DNA of 55,066 nucleotides from the IMG/VR virus record IMGVR_UViG_3300014790_000001; one strand, written 5' to 3'. The notes beneath the pieces were generated by a model. That model did no database searches and had not been told where the DNA came from. It saw nothing but the letters and a program-made list of their open reading frames with translations. This DNA comes from a virus. Position 1 is the first letter of the stretch; each line of letters begins with the position of its first letter. The translations under genes were made by a program, and so were the position numbers. Positions 17,242-24,431 of the stretch are shown here, piece by piece.

Positions 17242-17601
17242 ATGGAACTAATAACACAGATACTTGCTATATGCGGTGCTATATCTGTTATCGGTGGTGC
17301 TGTTGCGGTGCTTTCCGGGTGGTACAAATCATGGAAAGCACCAAAGCAAAAACAGGACAACCGTATAGAACAGATTGAAAAACGAATAACGAACATTGAA
17401 ACATCTATCACAGGGATTAATCAGAAACTTGATAACGATTATAAGAACATAAGGAATACGAGGGATGATATGAATCTATTAATGAGAAGTATGTTTAATT
17501 TGATCGAAAACAAAATCACAGGGAATAACATTGAGGGTTTAAAAAAAACTCGGGAAGAGCTTGTAAATGCTATGACGGACAAGAAACCAAAGGAATTATG
17601 A
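17242..17601 (+). CDS. membrane-anchored coiled-coil protein
   Basis: N-terminal TM segment (ILAICGAISVIGGAVAVL), then heptad-rich sequence. Confidence 0.6.
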   Translation: MELITQILAICGAISVIGGAVAVLSGWYKSWKAPKQKQDNRIEQIEKRITNIETSITGINQKLDNDYKNIRNTRDDMNLLMRSMFNLIENKITGNNIEGLKKTREELVNAMTDKKPKEL

Positions 17602-17798
17602 AAATATACTCTTTTACACGACCAGAACTTGACTATTTTGAATTAGAATGCAACTTTACATCGGATGAATTGAAACTGTTCCGGCTCCGTGCTAAAGCTA
17701 TGCCTTTAGAGGACTGTGCGGAAGAAATGAATGTGAGTGTGTCTACGGTCAAGAGATTGAGTAGAAGAGTAAATGATAAGATTGAAAGGGTGGTATAG
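17598..17798 (+). CDS. small sigma-70 region-4-like HTH regulator
   Basis: LFRLRAKAMPLEDCAEEMNVSVSTVKRLSRRVNDKI fits a region-4/LuxR-type HTH. Confidence 0.55.
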   Translation: MKIYSFTRPELDYFELECNFTSDELKLFRLRAKAMPLEDCAEEMNVSVSTVKRLSRRVNDKIERVV

Positions 17799-17800
17799 GC

Positions 17801-18427
17801 ATGAACTTCGGAGAAGCCATAAAATGCATGAAAAAGGGAAAGAAAGTTACACGCAATGTATGGAAAGAAAGCTTTTTCAATGGGAGAAAACAGTTTATTT
17901 TTATTGGGAAAAACAAAGGTTTAACAACGAATACGTTTCTTGCAATTCTACCAGAAGAAGAATGCTTTTCGGACTGCATTATGGGGTATACGCGAAAAGG
18001 AATCTTTCAGCCAAACTGGACACCAACACAAGAAGATATGCTTGCGGAAGATTGGGAAATGTATCCGGCAGAGGAAACGGTAGTCGATGAAACGCCGAAC
18101 ATTACGGCAGATGAAATGATTGATCTCAAAAACCGTATCGGGTGGAACATTAAATTTTATTCTACCGGGGAAACAATTATTTCTGAGCACATGGACTATC
18201 AAAAACTCTTAACCGGGGCAGAAAATACATATACGCTGTCGTTTGCTATCCCTAAAAAAAGTCTTGATGGTTTGTCAATGACAAATAAATGCCAAAACGT
18301 TATTGTTTCTGGACTTTTATTCAAAGTATATGCTTCTAGGAATATTGCTGACGATAGCCTTTGGCTCGTGACGGAAAGTGCCTTATCTGAAAAAGAATTT
18401 CACACAATTATAAGATTGGAGAGGTGA
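17801..18427 (+). CDS. DUF2829 (Tad2-like) N-terminal domain protein with an unknown C-terminal extension
   Basis: MNFGEAIKCMKKGKKVTR..W...WTPTQEDMLAEDWEMY matches the DUF2829 hallmark. About 120 extra residues follow. Confidence 0.6.
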   Translation: MNFGEAIKCMKKGKKVTRNVWKESFFNGRKQFIFIGKNKGLTTNTFLAILPEEECFSDCIMGYTRKGIFQPNWTPTQEDMLAEDWEMYPAEETVVDETPNITADEMIDLKNRIGWNIKFYSTGETIISEHMDYQKLLTGAENTYTLSFAIPKKSLDGLSMTNKCQNVIVSGLLFKVYASRNIADDSLWLVTESALSEKEFHTIIRLER

Positions 18428-18431
18428 TTGT

Positions 18432-18893
18432 ATGATACCTAAGATTTTTAAAATAAGCGGATACCTCATAGACCCGACAGGAAGACTTGAGCCACACCAC
18501 ATTAAGGCGAAAATGCTTTATGGCTGTGGATTTCCACTTGTAGGACAGCACATTCACGTACAGAAAGCAGAGATTAAGAAGCTGAATGAAAAGCATCCGC
18601 TTATGAGAGAGAACTGTGATTTGGCAGAATGCGAGAAGTATTTCAATGACGAACCGCCGACAGTGAGCAATAGAAAAGTTGAACCCGGACAGGTGTACAG
18701 GCACTTCAAGGGCGAGACAGTAAAAGTCCTGTATATTGCACAGGATAGCGAAATGCCTGGGCAGTTCAAAGTAGTCTATGAATGTTCTGGTGGCGTGTGG
18801 TGCAGACCTTACGGAATGTTCGTAAGCAAAGTAGACAGGAAGAAATACCCGGATGTCAAGCAGAAGTATAGATTTGAGTTAGTTGAGGAATAA
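18432..18893 (+). CDS. protein with a C-terminal DUF1653-like domain
   Basis: YRHFKGETVKVLYIAQDSE...VVYE...WCRPYGMFVSKV...RFELV. Confidence 0.55.
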   Translation: MIPKIFKISGYLIDPTGRLEPHHIKAKMLYGCGFPLVGQHIHVQKAEIKKLNEKHPLMRENCDLAECEKYFNDEPPTVSNRKVEPGQVYRHFKGETVKVLYIAQDSEMPGQFKVVYECSGGVWCRPYGMFVSKVDRKKYPDVKQKYRFELVEE

Positions 18894-19214
18894 ATGCAAA
18901 AGGTAAATATTCTTGGAACGGAATACGAAATAATTAGAGAAGCGTTTGAAGAAGAAACGATTGATGGCTTTTGCGACTACACAGCGCATATAATAAAAGT
19001 CAGAAATAATAATGTAAACGAAGTTGGTGATTTTGAAAAACTTATGAAAAAGCAATTAAGGCATGAAATCATACATGCTTTTCTTGCTGAAAGCGGATTA
19101 CAGGCAAACTTTGAACATTATAAACAGTTCGGACATGAAGAAACAATCGTTGACTGGTTCGCCATTCAGTTTCCTAAAATTATGAAAACATTTGAAGAAA
19201 TAGGAGCATTGTAA
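18894..19214 (+). CDS. minimal HExxH metallopeptidase-like protein
   Basis: LRHEIIHAF contains HEIIH. 106 aa. Confidence 0.45.
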   Translation: MQKVNILGTEYEIIREAFEEETIDGFCDYTAHIIKVRNNNVNEVGDFEKLMKKQLRHEIIHAFLAESGLQANFEHYKQFGHEETIVDWFAIQFPKIMKTFEEIGAL

Positions 19215-19232
19215 GAAAAGGAGAATGTTATA

Positions 19233-19553
19233 ATGAAAGCAATGTTAAGTCAGCCAATGGCTGGAAAGACAGATCAAGAAATTGTAGAAACAAGAGAAAA
19301 AGCAATTAAGGTTCTTGAGGGAAAAGGGTATGAGATTGTAAATACTCTTTTTACAGATGAATGGTACAGTAATGAATCTATGAAAGAACGTGGAGTAGTT
19401 CAGATTCCATTATGTTTCCTTGCTAAGTCCTTAGAGAATATGTCTCTGTGCCATGCAGCGTACTTCTGTAAAGGCTGGGAAAATGCAAGAGGATGCAAGA
19501 TTGAGCATGATGCTGCGGTTGCTTATGGTTTGGATATTATTTATGAGGAATAA
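19233..19553 (+). CDS. DUF4406 / nucleoside-deoxyribosyltransferase-like protein
   Basis: SQPMAGKT...N...C..AYFCKGWENARGCKIEHDAA pattern. Assignment is tentative. Confidence 0.4.
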   Translation: MKAMLSQPMAGKTDQEIVETREKAIKVLEGKGYEIVNTLFTDEWYSNESMKERGVVQIPLCFLAKSLENMSLCHAAYFCKGWENARGCKIEHDAAVAYGLDIIYEE

Positions 19554-19572
19554 ATAATAAGTGATACTTTTT

Positions 19573-19606
19573 AGAGACTTTAACGAACTGTTAAGGTCTC
19601 TTTTTT
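19573..19606 (+). terminator. rho-independent terminator
   Basis: 11-bp stem AGAGACTTTAA/TTAAGGTCTCT (one G-U pair) with a 7-nt loop, then T5. Confidence 0.8.
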
Positions 19607-19662
19607 ATGCGTAAAATGAAAGCATAGAGAACAACAAATACTAATTTACAGGAGGTATGAGT

Positions 19663-20088
19663 ATGAATCCATATATGCCATATACACCGTACATGCCACA
19701 GGATGCTTATATGCAAGATCAGATGGCATTACGACAACGGATAGACAACTTATCACAAGCTCAGCAGCAATACAAGGCACAGCCACAGCCGAATGTAAAC
19801 TGGATACAGGTAACCGGAATTGACGGGGCAAGGAATCAGATTGTACAGCCGGGAACAACGGCTTGGATGATGGATAACAATGCACCGTATTTCTATGTTA
19901 AATCTGTTGACGGTGTGGGAAGTGTTACGTTTAAAGCTTTTGAATTCCATGAGGTACAGGCGAACAATCCACAACCTGTAGTGGAAAACATGGACGCTAA
20001 GTACGTAACAAGAGAAGAATTCAACAAATTACTGGATACATTGAAACCTCAGCCGGAAGAACAGAAAGGGGAGCTGACACATGAGTAA
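19663..20088 (+). CDS. protein with a P/Y/M/Q-rich N-terminus
   Basis: AGGAGG 7 nt before ATG 19663. MNPYMPYTPYMPQDAYMQDQ..., then a globular NWIQVTGIDGARNQ... domain. Confidence 0.65.
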   Translation: MNPYMPYTPYMPQDAYMQDQMALRQRIDNLSQAQQQYKAQPQPNVNWIQVTGIDGARNQIVQPGTTAWMMDNNAPYFYVKSVDGVGSVTFKAFEFHEVQANNPQPVVENMDAKYVTREEFNKLLDTLKPQPEEQKGELTHE

Positions 20089-20335
20089 TCCACTAATGGG
20101 AATGATGGGCGGTATGCCGGGTGGCAACGGCCCATTCGGAATGATTCAAAGAATGATGGGGATGATGCAAAATACACAGAATCCCGGAGCAATGCTACAG
20201 AATATGGCACAGAGCAACCCGAACATCAAAAAAGCTATGGATATGTGCCAAGGAAGAAACCCGAAAGATGTATTTATGGAGATGTGTCAGCAAAATGGCA
20301 TGAATCCAAACGACATTATCAATAAAATAAAGTGA
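20081..20335 (+). CDS. Met/Gly/Asn/Gln-rich small protein
   Basis: MSNPLMGMMGGMPGGNGPFGMIQRMMGMMQN.... 84 codons. Confidence 0.6.
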   Translation: MSNPLMGMMGGMPGGNGPFGMIQRMMGMMQNTQNPGAMLQNMAQSNPNIKKAMDMCQGRNPKDVFMEMCQQNGMNPNDIINKIK

Positions 20336-20387
20336 TATCCGGACGGAGTGCACACGTCTTGATAAATAAAAGAAAAGGAGAACCAAC

Positions 20388-20787
20388 ATGAACGAGGGAT
20401 TAAACACACTTAGCGCTGCCGATGTAGCAGCGGTCACAAGAAACAACGATGGAAACATGTGGGGTGACGGTGGATGGTTTTGGATCATCATTCTTGCTTT
20501 CCTGTTTTGCGGTAACGGATGGGGAAACAACAAAGGAGCACAGGACGCTTTTGTCTCTGACGAATTCGTGAAAAGAGATATCTTTAACACAAATCAGAAT
20601 GTGTCCAACACAGCTTGCGAGACACAGAGAGACGTATTAGAGAACCGCTATACCACACAGCTCGGCTTGCAGAACTTACAGGCTCAGCAGGCTCAGTGTT
20701 GCTGTAACACACAGAAAGAAATCTTACAGAGTAGATATGACGCGGCATTACAGGCACAGAACATGCAGGCACAGATGGCACAGTGCT
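20388..20787 (+). CDS. exon 1 of an intron-split membrane / Cys-triplet protein
   Basis: TM segment WFWIIILAFLFCG, then Q-rich repeats with a CCC motif. The sequence becomes unrelated after 20787. Confidence 0.75.
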
Positions 20788-21880
20788 TAAAGAGATTCTT
20801 TAAAGCCATAAGGAATCTGTTTACCAAAAAAGTAAACACAGTAGGCACTTACGCATAGTAATATGCGTTGGCAACCGGGAGAATTGCTGGAAAATCTAAG
20901 TTTACTTTTACTTTCGCATTAAAATAATGTATAATTAAAATATCAATAATACTTATGCGGAGGTAAGAATATGTTTTATGTATATGAATGGTTTATAGTT
21001 TCAACTGGAGAAATAATATATGTTGGAAAAGGTCATAAGAAAAGATATAAGGTTAGAAAGCACAATCGTCTTTTTAATGAAATGATAAAAAGATTTGAAT
21101 GTGATAGCCGTATTATCAAAGAATTTGAAGACGAAAGGGAAGCTTTTCTTTACGAGGACATCAGAATTGCCGAACTGAAAAAGAAAGGTCAATGTGTATG
21201 TAATATCAACCGAGGTGGAACCGGCGGTGATACAGAGTGGTGGAACGAAAAAAGAAGAAAAGAATATTCTGAACATAATGTTATGAAATCTAAAAGCCAG
21301 AGACAAAGAATGTCTGAAAAAAATCCGATGAAAGACAAAAAAACAGCCATGAAAGTTGGGAAAACAAAGTGGAGAGGTGTAATGGTCGGAGATGAAGAAT
21401 ATGAAAGTCTGGCACAAGCTGCAAAACATTATGGAGTAACTGTTCAAGCCATATCGTATTGGTTAAAAAGAAAGCAGACACCAGATTTAAGACCTTGCTA
21501 TTATGTCGGAGAAGAAAAACCTATTCCACACAAAATAAAGTATTCATTTTGTAAGCCAGTATATATTGATGGGAAACATTTTGAAAGCGTAAAGAGCGCA
21601 GCTGAATACATTAACGTAACGCAAAACTCTTTGATAGCAGCACTAAAAAATAATAGACCATGTAAAGGACATATTTGTAAATATGACAATCAGCAGCCTA
21701 GTCAGACGAATACCGATAAGAGTAGTTTGAAAGGTTCAGAGACTAACGAGTGAGGACGGAAACCAATAATCTCGACACGAGTACCCGGCTCCTACCCGAA
21801 TGGTAGGATGAAGATATAGTCCGAACTATCGAGGAAACCGATAGAAATGTAGAATAAAGAGTCTACATGTTAACAAAATG
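20788..21880 (+). mobile_element. group I intron (1,093 nt) carrying a GIY-YIG homing endonuclease
   Basis: P-like AATTGCTGGAAAA (20882-94), Q-like AATCAGCAGC (21688-97), R-like GTTCAGAGACTAAC (21734-47) and S AAGATATAGTCC (21811-22), in canonical order. The exon ends in U and the intron ends in G. Splicing restores the reading frame. Confidence 0.85.
20971..21753 (+). CDS. GIY-YIG homing endonuclease with C-terminal NUMOD/IENR-like DNA-binding repeats
   Basis: FYVYEW...GEIIYVGKG...R...E...NINRGG, plus two repeats (YESLAQAAKHYGVTVQAISYW and FESVKSAAEYINVTQNSLIAAL). Confidence 0.85.
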   Translation: MFYVYEWFIVSTGEIIYVGKGHKKRYKVRKHNRLFNEMIKRFECDSRIIKEFEDEREAFLYEDIRIAELKKKGQCVCNINRGGTGGDTEWWNEKRRKEYSEHNVMKSKSQRQRMSEKNPMKDKKTAMKVGKTKWRGVMVGDEEYESLAQAAKHYGVTVQAISYWLKRKQTPDLRPCYYVGEEKPIPHKIKYSFCKPVYIDGKHFESVKSAAEYINVTQNSLIAALKNNRPCKGHICKYDNQQPSQTNTDKSSLKGSETNE

Positions 21881-22149
21881 GCTGTGACATTAAAGAAAGC
21901 ATCTTAGCAGATGGACAGGCTACACGCCAGTTAATCCAGGATAACACGATTCAGAACTTGAGAGACAAGCTCGCTGATCGTGACAGAGATTTGCAGACAG
22001 CATACTGGCAGATCTCACAGGTATCACAGACCAATAACATTATTGATGCAGTGAGACCGACACCAAAACCGGCTTATATGTCTTGCAGTCCATATTTTGC
22101 GTATAACGCATTTGGTAATGGTTGCTGTGCAAGTGGGAATGTGATGTAA
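21881..22149 (+). CDS. exon 2 of the intron-split Cys-triplet protein
   Basis: The frame is open only from 21874. Joining 20787 to 21881 gives ...QMAQCCCDIKESIL..., for a total of 669 nt (222 aa). Confidence 0.75.
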
Positions 22150-22356
22150 GTGAATGATATATCACTACTTGACTTTCTGACAGTGTACGGAGTTGCTTTA
22201 CAGATAGCGAATTTTAACAGTGATCTATCACAGGCAAGTAATTCCGACATCGAAAAACACTTGCACGAGCAAGACAGTAAGTATTTTTTAAAAATAATTG
22301 AAAACCAAAACAAAATCATAAGCATGTTGGAAGAATCCATATCTACAAAAAAGTAG
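22150..22356 (+). CDS. hypothetical small protein
   Basis: GTG start abutting the upstream TAA. 68 codons. Confidence 0.5.
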   Translation: MNDISLLDFLTVYGVALQIANFNSDLSQASNSDIEKHLHEQDSKYFLKIIENQNKIISMLEESISTKK

Positions 22357-22370
22357 TCTTGCGAACATCA

Positions 22371-22402
22371 AAGAGAGTAGGCATGCGCTTGCTCTCTTTT
22401 TT
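22371..22402 (+). terminator. rho-independent terminator
   Basis: 12-bp stem (AAGAGAGTAGGC/GCTTGCTCTCTT, with G-U pairs) and a T-run. Confidence 0.8.
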
Positions 22403-22419
22403 AAGAAAGGAGAAAAAAT

Positions 22420-22848
22420 ATGTTAAATTCTATTGCTAAAAACGCTCAGACAGTAGCAACAAATCAGAATGTATTATTTACGGAAACAAGAGTGAAAAGC
22501 CGTAGATGTGCTTGTAACACAGGATGGCTTTCACATGACAACGGCAGTGGACTTTTTGAAATCACAAACCGTGGGAATCTGCCGATGGCGGTCGAAGTTG
22601 AGTTTAATGGAAATGTAACGTTATCAGCAATAGGCGCAGTAGCGTTATCTATCAAACAGAACGGAGAACCGATTTCCGGTACTGAAATGGACTATACAGT
22701 AGCAACGGCAAATGTGTATCAGAATGTCGGTGCTACTACATTGATTGCAGTTCCGGCCGGAAGTAGCGTCACTATATCGGTTGGCAACGTTGGCACAGTT
22801 GACACATTGGTTAAGGATGCGAATATCATCATTAAAAAACTCTCATAG
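22420..22848 (+). CDS. BclA C-terminal-domain-like (C1q/TNF-like jelly-roll) protein
   Basis: The alternating beta-strand pattern and the ...DANIIIKKLS C-terminus resemble exosporium BclA-CTD. No collagen repeats. Confidence 0.45.
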   Translation: MLNSIAKNAQTVATNQNVLFTETRVKSRRCACNTGWLSHDNGSGLFEITNRGNLPMAVEVEFNGNVTLSAIGAVALSIKQNGEPISGTEMDYTVATANVYQNVGATTLIAVPAGSSVTISVGNVGTVDTLVKDANIIIKKLS

Positions 22849-22865
22849 AAAAGGGGTGAGTTTCT

Positions 22866-23456
22866 ATGATTGATTTTAAAAGCAACCTAGATGTCAAAAC
22901 TCCGAAAGAAATCTTTGCCGAAATCAACGAACGGTTTATCGGAGCTGTTATGATGCACGGACAGTTTGCGGACTACTTCGATTTCCTTGGCTTAAAAGGC
23001 TTTAAGCGGATGCATGAGTACCAGCACATTTCGGAAAGCTTGGAACGTAGGAAAGTGTGCCGATATTTTATAAACCATCACAATCAGCTTATTGATGATG
23101 TATTTGATGGAAAAGTGAATGTTATCCCGGATGCGTGGAGAACGGCCAAACGGTTAAGCGTTGGGAAAAGCACAAAGCAGAAAGCCGTAGAAGATGGCTT
23201 TGTCGAGTATCACAATTGGGAATCCGAAACAAAGGAAGTGTACGAACAGTACGCACACACGCTAAGAGAAAACGGCCATGTGGCTGATGCTATGTTCGTG
23301 GAATGTTTGGTAGAGGATGTAAGCGAAGAATTAAAAACTGTAGAATGCATGATTAACGACCTCATATCTACCGGATACGACATGGTATACATCACAGAAA
23401 TTCAATCGGAGATTCACGACAAATACAAAAAGAAAATGAAAGGAATCGAGGTGTAA
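22866..23456 (+). CDS. ferritin-like four-helix-bundle protein (metal ligands apparently degenerate)
   Basis: HGQFADYFDFLGLKGFKRMHEYQHISESLERRK parallels the ferritin helix A/B region (...LKGFAKFF..QS.EE.EHA). Confidence 0.4.
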   Translation: MIDFKSNLDVKTPKEIFAEINERFIGAVMMHGQFADYFDFLGLKGFKRMHEYQHISESLERRKVCRYFINHHNQLIDDVFDGKVNVIPDAWRTAKRLSVGKSTKQKAVEDGFVEYHNWESETKEVYEQYAHTLRENGHVADAMFVECLVEDVSEELKTVECMINDLISTGYDMVYITEIQSEIHDKYKKKMKGIEV

Positions 23457-23459
23457 TAA

Positions 23460-23882
23460 ATGAGCGAGATCAAAAAGATTTTGGAAGAACAGCTTGAACG
23501 TGAGAAAGCATCTGCAAAAAAAGACTTAAATATGTCTAACTTACAGGCAATGTACATGATTACATCTACATTGTGCAATATGAAATCTTTGGAATGCGAA
23601 AGCGTACCGGGGATGATTGCGGATGCATCGGAAAACCTTATCAAGAAGTACAGTAACGGAAAGTACGACAAAAACATTGATGCACTATATGACCAGTACA
23701 TTATGGCGAAAGAGATGTATCAACAGAACGGAGATCAGGCACACAGAGACAAACTGATGGAAAGTGTCGGGAAACTTATGGTAGAAGTGTACGACATGCT
23801 TTCCTCTATGGTGATGGATTCAGATTTTGCAGAAGAACGGAAAGAGATTCAAAGGCAAATCAAGAAGCTTGCGGAAATGTAA
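23460..23882 (+). CDS. hypothetical helical protein
   Basis: TAA TAA ATG junction with the upstream gene. 140 codons. Confidence 0.6.
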   Translation: MSEIKKILEEQLEREKASAKKDLNMSNLQAMYMITSTLCNMKSLECESVPGMIADASENLIKKYSNGKYDKNIDALYDQYIMAKEMYQQNGDQAHRDKLMESVGKLMVEVYDMLSSMVMDSDFAEERKEIQRQIKKLAEM

Positions 23883-24114
23883 AAACATGGGTACGGAGTA
23901 CTATATATATTAATGTTACGATATATACGGTGAATCACATAGGACATTTTCTTTTCTTGCTTGATACACCTCCTTTCATTAAAGCCTAATAGCGGAATGC
24001 TGATTAAAGGGCGGCCAAACGCCCGTTAGGCTTTCCACTAAGGTTGCGGACTTGGGGAATCGTCATCTTATGTTACCTACTAAAAAATATAATATGATAA
24101 ATTTTCATCCCGCA

Positions 24115-24164
24115 AAGGATAGTGCACAGTATGGTGCATGGATTCATATCCGGCTATCCTTTTT
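24115..24164 (+). terminator. branched terminator-like structure
   Basis: Outer stem AAGGATAG/CTATCCTT encloses two hairpins (TGCAC..GTGCA and GGAT..ATCC), followed by TTTTC. Confidence 0.5.
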
Positions 24165-24263
24165 CTGTATAGAGTTAGTTACGGAACAATATGCAGATTG
24201 ACCGTCAAATAGCCGTAACAGTGGTTGGAACTGTATAGAGGGAACACTTACACCAACCACTAA

Positions 24264-24350
24264 CGGGATATAGTTCAATGGTAGAACAAAAGTCACAATC
24301 ATCTCTTTAAAAAAAGACTTATGTCCACGGTTCGATTCCGTGTATCCCGA
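24264..24350 (+). tRNA. tRNA-like element with an aberrant anticodon arm (anticodon not assignable)
   Basis: Perfect 7-bp acceptor stem CGGGATA/TATCCCG, then U8 A9. D arm GTTC-AATGGTA-GAAC and T arm CACGG-TTCGATT-CCGTG. The AAGTC/GACTT stem closes a 21-nt loop instead of a 7-nt one. Confidence 0.5.
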
Positions 24351-24431
24351 TTACCCCGACAGAGGTTCATCTGTCTGAATCCCTACCGCAGACGAAGCGG
24401 TTAATAAGAGACGTTGAGGAGGATATGCAAC

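Noticed and set aside
23940-23975. Minus-strand SD (AAAGGAGGTG) suggesting a hidden minus-strand gene in the structured region
   Set aside because: No start codon lies within 5-12 nt of it. The nearest ATG is 19 nt away and opens only a 32-codon ORF that runs into the 3' end of 23460-23882.
24264-24350. The tRNA-like element as the attP core for tRNA-targeted integration
   Set aside because: The integrase is a large serine recombinase, a class that does not typically target tRNA 3' ends. It lies 17 kb away. Both halves of the tRNA-like sequence are present, rather than a 3' fragment only.
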